Source: a virus (Duplodnaviria; Caudoviricetes). Taken from it: a DNA stretch of 50,759 nt. Made by a program: the position numbers and the translations under genes. This document shows positions 10,080 to 17,136 of the stretch, in pieces. The notes beneath the pieces were generated by a model. The model was not told where the DNA came from. It did no database searches and was given only the letters and a program-made list of their open reading frames with translations. Location: IMG/VR virus record IMGVR_UViG_3300048839_000441, positions 1 to 50,759 of that record, one strand, 5' to 3'. Numbering within the stretch: the stretch's first letter is position 1; each line of letters starts with the position of its first letter.

Positions 10080-10537
10080 AAAGTATTTCGCGTAATGAGC
10101 CTGTAGGCTGGCATCCAACCGTCCACTAAGCTGGCTGCCAAGTGAAAGAAAGGGCTTACCTCCAGTTCTTTTGACCAGCACTCTATTTTTTCACGCATCT
10201 TTTTCTCATCAATGACCGTTGTATCTTCGTCCTTTTCATTAATAAACAACGCACACAAACGGAGTGCGGCAGGGTCTTTCTCTTCGATCTGACCTACACC
10301 GGCTAAAATGTTGTAAAGCGTAACCGACACATCAGCATAATTTTTCGAGGTCTGCATCAGGTCATAACACTTCTGAACATCTTTAAACAGATCGATAAAA
10401 GTACGTGAGAACCCAAACTCAATCGATAGCCTCTGAAGTTCACGGTAACGGTTAAACGAAAGCGAATCCTCTACAAAGAAAGTCCGCCCTCCGCAGGTAA
10501 ATTGTTTGTCTTTCAGGTTAAGGGTTTTAAGTTCCAT
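10055..10537 (-). CDS. Tail assembly chaperone (gpG-like)
   Basis: Upstream of the tape measure; in-frame T-TTA-AAA-AAG slippery sequence near the 3' end. Confidence 0.75.
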   Translation of the reverse strand: MELKTLNLKDKQFTCGGRTFFVEDSLSFNRYRELQRLSIEFGFSRTFIDLFKDVQKCYDLMQTSKNYADVSVTLYNILAGVGQIEEKDPAALRLCALFINEKDEDTTVIDEKKMREKIECWSKELEVSPFFHLAASLVDGWMPAYRLITRNTLKKESEKE

Positions 10538-10820
10538 AATTTATTAATTTGTCTATAAATAATACTGTTAAAATAACGGCACTGATAAAAACAATGTGAT
10601 CAAAAAAGTTATATGAATGAAAATTAGCTATAAGGTAATACCATAGCGCACACTGCCCCGAAAAGCATGCCATACACCCGCCCAGAGGTTTATACAGCCA
10701 ATCCTGTTTCATCTTCTGTATCAGTCGTCCGTACCAGCCAAAAATCATGCCCTCTTCAGTCAGAAGAATAAACACATAAGCTACTATCGCAACTTTTAAG
10801 AAGTCTAACATTCCGTGCAT
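10527..10820 (-). CDS. Small membrane protein with CxxC (DUF1360-like)
   Basis: KPLGGCMAC motif and 3 hydrophobic segments; start may be the ATG at 10811. Confidence 0.55.
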   Translation of the reverse strand: MHGMLDFLKVAIVAYVFILLTEEGMIFGWYGRLIQKMKQDWLYKPLGGCMACFSGQCALWYYLIANFHSYNFFDHIVFISAVILTVLFIDKLINYGT

Positions 10821-11389
10821 CCTCCGGGTGCTGGTTCAATACATTCGGTTATTATATGAAACCTCGTTATAACGTCCAAAGCAAAATAATCGTATGGAAT
10901 CATAAGATATTGAGAGTGAAGTTCATCAAACGTGTACTTTGAAAATATGGCCGGTGAACGTGGAACCTGGGACTGAACCGTGACCGATAAGGCTAACAGA
11001 TCACCAATGTTCTGCGGCATAGCTGGCAGGGCTTTCAGAATAGAGATAATATAATCACCGGATGACCCGCATCCGCCTTCAATGAGCTTATAATTGAGCC
11101 AACAAACTAACCGCAGTCGGCTCTCGTAATAAATCTTATTCCCCTGCTGACGACTGAAAGTAAACGAACCGTCCTCGAAGAATAGAACAGAACGCCGCTT
11201 CGAAGATGGCATCAGCTCATCATAACACCCTTCGACGCAATCCTCATCAGTCATATCGCATGAAACAGGGAACCTTTTTATGACTTCGCCCTGTTTCATC
11301 TGGGCTATTTGTGTCATGCCCGCTATCTTATCCACCCATGCAAGCGGAGTGAGATAACCGACTATTATATTTGCTATTTTGCTATTCAT
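10805..11389 (-). CDS. Neck/tail terminator-like protein
   Basis: Position between head completion and chaperone genes. Confidence 0.5.
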   Translation of the reverse strand: MNSKIANIIVGYLTPLAWVDKIAGMTQIAQMKQGEVIKRFPVSCDMTDEDCVEGCYDELMPSSKRRSVLFFEDGSFTFSRQQGNKIYYESRLRLVCWLNYKLIEGGCGSSGDYIISILKALPAMPQNIGDLLALSVTVQSQVPRSPAIFSKYTFDELHSQYLMIPYDYFALDVITRFHIITECIEPAPGGCTEC

Positions 11390-11972
11390 CCCACTTTGCG
11401 ACTAACCAGTTTTCAAATATCTCGCTTACTTCATTTATTTCTTCATTTGAGAGCATCAGAATATCGCCCCTTCGGTCAGTATTACCGGCTAACTTTGTGT
11501 TCTGTTCGTCCGAGAGAGTGCTTAACCGCGCCAATCCCTGCCGGTGTTCATCATCAGAGCTTGTGACCTGGATATCTTTCATCATCTCGCCGGTCCACGT
11601 GAAGTCAACAATATCAGTCCGTCGTCCGTGAAGTTCACGGAATTGTTTATACCCGCCTTCAAGTTCAAACACTCGTGCTGGTCTACCTCCTTTATTTACC
11701 GTTACCCACTTCAGGTCTTTTCGCTTTTCTTTTGACCCGGCCAACTGATTACAGACTGCGACACTCATGTATTTTGATGAGCAGTTAACAAGCATTGGTT
11801 TCTCTGAGTAAGGCGCAAATGCCTCACCATCGGCATTCTTTCCTGTCTCGGTTACTCTTTGGCGGATAAGTGTATTAGCCGACTGAGCCACCTGCAACAT
11901 GACATCGCCAAACTCACCGACAGTTTCGACGGTGATCTGATTCATGTATTTTATGGCTTCATCTGCGGTCAT
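11382..11972 (-). CDS. Tail completion / virion morphogenesis protein
   Basis: G.NADG..FAPYS and VDFTWTGEMM motifs; start moved to 11972 for ATGA coupling. Confidence 0.6.
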   Translation of the reverse strand: MTADEAIKYMNQITVETVGEFGDVMLQVAQSANTLIRQRVTETGKNADGEAFAPYSEKPMLVNCSSKYMSVAVCNQLAGSKEKRKDLKWVTVNKGGRPARVFELEGGYKQFRELHGRRTDIVDFTWTGEMMKDIQVTSSDDEHRQGLARLSTLSDEQNTKLAGNTDRRGDILMLSNEEINEVSEIFENWLVAKWDE

Positions 11973-13045
11973 ATCCTCTGTGATCTCATACGCATTCCGT
12001 GAGGCGAACGGCAAACAATACAGTCGTTATCTTCCATTGAAGCGGCGATCCAATCCAAAAGAACATTATACCGTTCAGCATAATAAATTCGGTTTTCGTT
12101 CAGTTGTTCAGTGCCTAACAGTGTATAACGGCTCACCTCAGTTGATCCCATGATGTAGGTCGTAAGGAATTCGCCTGTTTTGTACCATATCGCATTTGCA
12201 ATTGCCCGGTCAACATCGTTATTAATGAAGTCAACATCATCTTCACAAAGCCTCGCCAATGGGTCGCAGGTGAAGTTACCATGCAGAATCATCCCTGAAG
12301 CCTTCTCTGAGATAGTCCAGTCCTCGCGGTCATTCAGATCAGCCCCATAAATACCGCCTATCATGGCCCACTCTGTCCAGCCTTCGCGCGAATCTTTGTA
12401 GCATGGATTGTCAATATTAAAACACCACCGGAATCCCCCACAGTTACAGGTCAGTTTATTCGCATAAGGCACACCCGTAGGATTAATCAGAAAGTAATAA
12501 TTCCGGTCTAAGGTCAGTTCAATAGGAGTGAAATCAGTTCTGAAGGGCCTATGAGCAAGCGACCCTAAAGGAATAGTATAAAGCAAATCATACTCATCGT
12601 AGATTTCAAGGTCAACCGCTTCAGCATCGTTCAGGATCAATGAAACGCCCCGGAGAATATATTTACCTCCTTTGATGTCAGAGTACATCCTCAGTCCGTA
12701 GTAATCGCTTGCCGTGACCAGTGTTGATACTTTCTTCCCTGTCCCCGCGTACCTTCCGCCAATGTCCCCGGAATAGGCCCGTCGCGCGGGTTCTTTATAC
12801 TTCATGAGTGCCTGGGACAAGTCAACGCGAAAAGAATTGATAGCATTCTCACGCGCGCGCGTCATCTTCTCCCAAAGGTCCTCACACCCACCGAGAGAAT
12901 CCAGCATCCGGAGTGACATGCCCTGCAACTCCGAGACATAAAGCCCGCTGTCAGAGATAGCATAATCAGTTGTGAAATCATCAATACATTCACAATCTTC
13001 CGGGGCGAAGCCAATAACATACTGCAAGCAATTTCCGAGGCTCAT
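11969..13045 (-). CDS. Head-tail adaptor / head completion protein
   Basis: 358 aa; first large gene after the capsid gene. Confidence 0.5.
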   Translation of the reverse strand: MSLGNCLQYVIGFAPEDCECIDDFTTDYAISDSGLYVSELQGMSLRMLDSLGGCEDLWEKMTRARENAINSFRVDLSQALMKYKEPARRAYSGDIGGRYAGTGKKVSTLVTASDYYGLRMYSDIKGGKYILRGVSLILNDAEAVDLEIYDEYDLLYTIPLGSLAHRPFRTDFTPIELTLDRNYYFLINPTGVPYANKLTCNCGGFRWCFNIDNPCYKDSREGWTEWAMIGGIYGADLNDREDWTISEKASGMILHGNFTCDPLARLCEDDVDFINNDVDRAIANAIWYKTGEFLTTYIMGSTEVSRYTLLGTEQLNENRIYYAERYNVLLDWIAASMEDNDCIVCRSPHGMRMRSQRI

Positions 13046-13125
13046 TTTATTACTCTTTTGGTTCTTGGTTTGACAACTATCACCGTTTTGGGACGGCGGC
13101 TGCCACAGTTACATTTCTCTTCCAT
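13042..13125 (-). CDS. 27-aa basic peptide MEEKCNCGSRRPKTVIVVKPRTKRVIK
   Basis: Hand translation; ATGA overlap with 13045. Confidence 0.5.
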   Translation of the reverse strand: MEEKCNCGSRRPKTVIVVKPRTKRVIK

Positions 13126-13131
13126 AGCTTT

Positions 13132-13168
13132 AAAAAAGAAGGACACTCAAATATATAAGTGCCCTTTC
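13132..13168 (-). terminator. Terminator after the capsid gene; its loop contains a TATATTTG promoter-like box
   Basis: GAAAGGGCACT-loop-AGTGTCCTTC-TTTTTT. Confidence 0.7.
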
Positions 13169-13193
13169 ATTTCTGGTTAAACGTAACATTTAT

Positions 13194-14201
13194 TTAACTC
13201 CCGCAGGTGAACTGAAGGATACCGGTGTTATCTTCATCACACGGGGCAGGATTAACAGCAAAAACTCCGTGAAGCTGAATCTTCGAGGCAAGATAAAACT
13301 CATTGCTCTCGCAGGTTTCCTTTGTGATGATGTCATAATATACACCGGGGATGTTCGAGGACTGTTCTGACCACAGGGCGTAAATACCTGCTTCACTCTG
13401 TGCGTTCACAGGACCGAGCGGGTTCCATGCCTTGTTAATGAAAGCAGCAGCGGTCTTGTGGATCAGGAACGTGGAAGCAGGAGCAATGGTTTCGACGTTC
13501 TCCGGGTCCTGGTAAATCTTCTTAATCGTCCCGACCTTTGACATTGCAGCCTTGCCTGCATCAGTCATTGATTCGTGCATACGGTTGAAGATATACTGGA
13601 AAAGGTTTGTTCCGGTGATCATATACGGGTCCTTGATTTTGTTCATCCTGTTAACCAGGTTGAAATATCCCCATATCGTATCATCCCAGAAGTTCGGATT
13701 AAGGGTCGTAACGGTCCCCGCAACGGTTCCTATACCCGGATATGCGTTAACCCCGGCATTGGCAGCCAGCCCCGTGAGAATATACTGGGCCAGCCACTCA
13801 TCGAGGGCTTTCTTGTGCTGGAGCATGTTGAACATGTAAGCCTCCTGAAACTCAATAGTCCTCTCACGATATGCTCTTTTGGGCATCTTGAAGGACGTTT
13901 CCTGAAGGCATTCAATTTCGTACTCCTGGCACATCGGATCGGCATCGTCGCCGGTTATCGTACAGTCATCCGTGCAATCGGTAGTAGTAACGTCACACTT
14001 TGACAGCCATTCGACTGACATGATGCGTTTCTTCTTTCCGGTTATCTCGGTCATTTTTACCTGCTGGTTTTCAAGTACCGCTTTAGCGGACTCAACGTCA
14101 CCAACATTATCAACGTTTGTCTGAGGGTCTGTCCAATGCTTGTCGAGCATCCCCTGGTACATGGCTAAAAAGCCGCAATCAATACTTCCTATTTGGCTCA
14201 T
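13194..14201 (-). CDS. Major capsid protein
   Basis: 335 aa, directly after a scaffold-like gene and followed by a terminator. Confidence 0.75.
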   Translation of the reverse strand: MSQIGSIDCGFLAMYQGMLDKHWTDPQTNVDNVGDVESAKAVLENQQVKMTEITGKKKRIMSVEWLSKCDVTTTDCTDDCTITGDDADPMCQEYEIECLQETSFKMPKRAYRERTIEFQEAYMFNMLQHKKALDEWLAQYILTGLAANAGVNAYPGIGTVAGTVTTLNPNFWDDTIWGYFNLVNRMNKIKDPYMITGTNLFQYIFNRMHESMTDAGKAAMSKVGTIKKIYQDPENVETIAPASTFLIHKTAAAFINKAWNPLGPVNAQSEAGIYALWSEQSSNIPGVYYDIITKETCESNEFYLASKIQLHGVFAVNPAPCDEDNTGILQFTCGS

Positions 14202-15055
14202 TTTGATTTAAATTTTTCGTAAGACTCCGTTATCGCTATACGATCTTCGGGGGTCTTTGCGGCCTTTAAACGAGCGAAATATTCATCGTCGTTTGTCGGT
14301 GCTTTTACCGGAGGCTTGCCTGGTTCACTACGATTGCCTGACGATGAGCGATCGTCCGCTTGCTGAAAATCAAAGAATCCTGAAGCAGTCTCACGGGCGT
14401 AGTCCTCAAATGTGACCTTATGTCCGTGACTGTCTTTAACAGGCTCTCCGTCTTTCAACAGAATGATATCGCCGTCAATTTCTTCGTAGTCAAACGTGCG
14501 GAACTCATCAATGTACTTTTCCTTCCATCTCTGGGCTTTCTTTGCATCAGAAGGTAGGATAGGACGCAACCTTTCAAGTTCTTCGACAGCCCGGCGTTCG
14601 ATCTTTGACATGATAGTCTTTTTCTGAAACTCTTTTTCTTTTTCAGCGATCTTATCGGCCAGTTCCTTGTCTTTGGCTTTCAGTTGCTTTTCCCATTCGT
14701 GCTGTTGACGCAAAAAGTCAGGATGTTTGGTAATGTCATCTTTCGTTCCTTGTGCCTCGGTGATTTTCTCTGTAAGAATAAAATCAACAAGCTCAACCCC
14801 TTCGAGATCAGATTCAAAACCATACTTATCTTTTACTGCCTTCTCAATCTTTGATGCGCCTTCTTTCACGCCCCTCTTAAATTGGTCAGAACCGACACCT
14901 CCGAGTTTTTTTACTCTTTCAGAATCGGCTTTTTCAGCAATAGATAAATCAGTTAAATCTCCGGCGTCGTTATAAAGGCTTGCCAGTTCCTCAGTGCCGA
15001 TTTTTAAGGTTTTCGACAAAAAACCCTCTAAGATTTTCTTTTCAGAATCAGTCAT
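14198..15055 (-). CDS. Capsid scaffolding protein
   Basis: Charged coiled coil, low-complexity linker (SSSGNRSEPG), short C-terminal helix; precedes the capsid gene. Confidence 0.7.
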   Translation of the reverse strand: MTDSEKKILEGFLSKTLKIGTEELASLYNDAGDLTDLSIAEKADSERVKKLGGVGSDQFKRGVKEGASKIEKAVKDKYGFESDLEGVELVDFILTEKITEAQGTKDDITKHPDFLRQQHEWEKQLKAKDKELADKIAEKEKEFQKKTIMSKIERRAVEELERLRPILPSDAKKAQRWKEKYIDEFRTFDYEEIDGDIILLKDGEPVKDSHGHKVTFEDYARETASGFFDFQQADDRSSSGNRSEPGKPPVKAPTNDDEYFARLKAAKTPEDRIAITESYEKFKSK

Positions 15056-15236
15056 TATGTTTTGGTTTGGTGACTTTCTTTACTTCTGGTTTCAGAATTG
15101 TCGGTGCTTTTGCAATGATAGGTTTCACTTCACGGACGTTGTACTTCTTATGCCTGCCGTTTCTGACAAGCTCATTATAAACGTCATCACTGACAAATTG
15201 CACCTTGCCGGTTTTCTTTGAGGTTAGTTCTTTCAT
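15048..15236 (-). CDS. Small basic hypothetical protein
   Basis: 62 aa, K/P-rich tail, coupled to neighbours. Confidence 0.6.
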   Translation of the reverse strand: MKELTSKKTGKVQFVSDDVYNELVRNGRHKKYNVREVKPIIAKAPTILKPEVKKVTKPKHND

Positions 15237-15586
15237 TTCTTGGCTTTTTTGGCCGGAGTCCGCTTTGATTTCGAAGGTCCAGGAACTACAGCGGCAGGAT
15301 CACCACCGGATTCAACAGTCTCTTCAACTTTCTCTGTCATCGGATCACCCTGCAATTCTGCGGGCATCTCAGGAGCCTTGACTTCAGGCTCTCTGATCGC
15401 CGGTTTAATCATCACTGGTTTGATTGTCGGCCTCAGTAGCGGCTTTTCAAGTTCAGCCGGGCGGGCTTTTCTCAGGTCTTCTTCACTGATTGCCCCGTAA
15501 AAACGTGATGCAATTTTATAAGCGGCTTTGCTTAACTTCTTAGTCTTGCCGTTTATAATTGCTTTTACAAGTTCTTCTCTTGCCAT
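15233..15586 (-). CDS. Basic/Pro-rich hypothetical protein, first gene of the capsid operon
   Basis: 117 aa; TACCTTTA promoter-like box at about 15608-15615. Confidence 0.6.
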   Translation of the reverse strand: MAREELVKAIINGKTKKLSKAAYKIASRFYGAISEEDLRKARPAELEKPLLRPTIKPVMIKPAIREPEVKAPEMPAELQGDPMTEKVEETVESGGDPAAVVPGPSKSKRTPAKKAKK

Positions 15587-15667
15587 GATAATTATGTTAT
15601 TCGGACGTAAAGGTATAAATATCTTTTAATATCATTATCATTTTATCTGTTATTTTTTAAACACAAT

Positions 15668-15693
15668 AAAAAAGCCCGGATTTCTCCGAGCTT
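15668..15693 (-). terminator. Terminator closing the pentamer array
   Basis: AAGCTCGGA-GAAA-TCCGGGCTT-TTTT. Confidence 0.85.
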
Positions 15694-15696
15694 AAT

Positions 15697-15928
15697 TTAA
15701 CTCACCCAACCGGACCTCACCCAGCCTCGCCTCACCTCACCGTACCAGTCCGGACCATTCCCCACCGCTACTGCCTCAACATACCAGGGCCTACCTTGCC
15801 GCACCGCACCTCACCGCACCGTACCGCACCGTACCACACCGAACCTTTGCTTACCAAGCCTCAACTGCCAAACCAGACGTAACCTTACCACAACTCTTCA
15901 TTCCCGTCCAAAACATACCTTATCTGCC
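15697..15928 (-). ncRNA. GGY-NN pentamer array, three GGCAG-N4-headed units (candidate guide RNA array)
   Basis: 41 pentamers in 5-nt register (10+17+14); 40 start with G and 29 are GGY; lies between a stop codon and a terminator. Confidence 0.8.
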
Positions 15929-16384
15929 TCAGTCAATCGCTTCAATAGCTTGATTGACGTATTCGAGAACCTTGTCGAATTGCTTGTAAAGTTTCAGTTT
16001 ATTCTTCAGTGTATTCAACTGCTGAATAATCCCGGCTTTAACATATTCGATGTTATCCGAAGTGAAAGTATCAATACTTTGATACCCTTCTTTTTTACTC
16101 GTAACTTCATAAACATCAATCTCACGGGCTTCACCGTCAGAGATAACTGACACCTGGATATTGTTCAATAGTATCCGGGCCTGTTGTACCCTCCATAACC
16201 TACCGGCTTTCGTGTCGTCCCATTCAAAGAATTTATGAAGAACAGAACCCTCGTCCTCTGCCGCCTGAACAATAAGTTCGGGAGTTATAGACCCGTAAAG
16301 AGATTGGATGCGATTCAGTTCGTTTACGGCATCTTCAGGATTGATCCCTTTTGCCAGTCCTTTTAATTTCCAGTTGTAGTTCAT
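15929..16384 (-). CDS. Partner protein of the Cas7-like gene (151 aa)
   Basis: LHKFFEWDD..A...WRVQQAR motif; start at 16384 gives a TAATG overlap with the upstream stop. Confidence 0.8.
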   Translation of the reverse strand: MNYNWKLKGLAKGINPEDAVNELNRIQSLYGSITPELIVQAAEDEGSVLHKFFEWDDTKAGRLWRVQQARILLNNIQVSVISDGEAREIDVYEVTSKKEGYQSIDTFTSDNIEYVKAGIIQQLNTLKNKLKLYKQFDKVLEYVNQAIEAID

Positions 16385-16980
16385 TACTTTTCCTCCGCTA
16401 ATTTGAAACGACCATAATTGAACTTTGTTTTTTCGGGCCGCATCTCGCCAATACCGCACCCATAACCAGCAGCCTTGACAAGTTGGTAAATCTGATCCAA
16501 ACTAACAACCCCGGAGTTAAACTCCACAGTGAGAATAGCAGACCATTCAGGATATTCCGGCCTGTAACGTATGTCAGCAGAACCCATGCCAACCCGTACC
16601 ATGTCGGTACGCATACGGCAGTCACCATAAATTCTGACAAGTTGTGTTTCTTCGCAGTCAGCCTTAATAAAGAATGACGTTTGCGTGTCCTTCATAACCA
16701 TGCCGATCATCTTCGCACCCCGGATCATTGCGGCCTTGAAGCCTGCGGCGGGGAAACCATCCCATCCTTCGGGCGATTTGTGCTTTGCCTGTTCAAAGTC
16801 ATCTTCAGGCACACGAATATCGTGTTTCTTGTTCTTAGCCTTACCTGCCTGCTTGTCGGAGATTTCACGCATTGCTTTCACGCTCCACGCATGAATAATA
16901 AGCGGAGAAATACCGACGATAGGAATTTTTACCTCCCGAATGTTAAATTCGAGAACTTCAACAGATTTTGAATTTTTCAT
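16384..16980 (-). CDS. Stand-alone Cas7/RAMP-like RNA-binding protein
   Basis: RAMP-like motifs: IVGISPLIIH, FPAAGFKAAM, thumb-like DMVRVGMGSADIRYRPEY, and C-terminal Gly loop GYGCGIGEMR...YGRF. Confidence 0.75.
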   Translation of the reverse strand: MKNSKSVEVLEFNIREVKIPIVGISPLIIHAWSVKAMREISDKQAGKAKNKKHDIRVPEDDFEQAKHKSPEGWDGFPAAGFKAAMIRGAKMIGMVMKDTQTSFFIKADCEETQLVRIYGDCRMRTDMVRVGMGSADIRYRPEYPEWSAILTVEFNSGVVSLDQIYQLVKAAGYGCGIGEMRPEKTKFNYGRFKLAEEK

Positions 16981-16995
16981 AATGATTTGTTTTGC

Positions 16996-17098
16996 AAAAG
17001 AGCCTTTTCAGCACAAAGGCAAGTCCGCGACGCAGCGGCTTCGTGCTTACTCAGGCTCAATGTCTTTGATTTTTGCGTCATCTTAGAGTCACTTGCTG
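16996..17098 (-). ncRNA. C4/CI-like structured leader RNA, copy 1
   Basis: Nested stems GAGCCU/AGGCUC, AGCACGAAG/CUUUGUGCU and CCGC/GCGG; loop-E-like AGUA/GAA; loop and bulge complementary to upstream sites. Confidence 0.7.
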
Positions 17099-17102
17099 AC
17101 CT

Positions 17103-17110
17103 CAAAGATA
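17103..17110 (-). promoter_or_regulatory. Bacteroidota -7 promoter box TATCTTTG
   Basis: Matches TAnnTTTG directly upstream of the leader. Confidence 0.7.
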
Positions 17111-17136
17111 AACTATTTTTTTAATATGCAATACCT

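Noticed and set aside
15697-15928. Canonical CRISPR array or simple microsatellite
   Set aside because: There are no 25-40-bp repeats with spacers. Variation is concentrated at pentamer positions 4-5 and the register resets only at GGCAG-N4, unlike slippage repeats. A two-tier G-quadruplex role cannot be excluded but does not explain the punctuation.
16385-16459. N-terminal extension of the partner ORF as given in the ORF track (176 aa)
   Set aside because: It overlaps the Cas7-like Gly-loop coding region; ATG 16384 gives a clean TAATG coupling.
17000-17058. Hammerhead ribozyme (CUGA...GAAA)
   Set aside because: The core reads CUGAGUA rather than CUGANGA and there is no third stem; it fits a loop-E internal loop instead.
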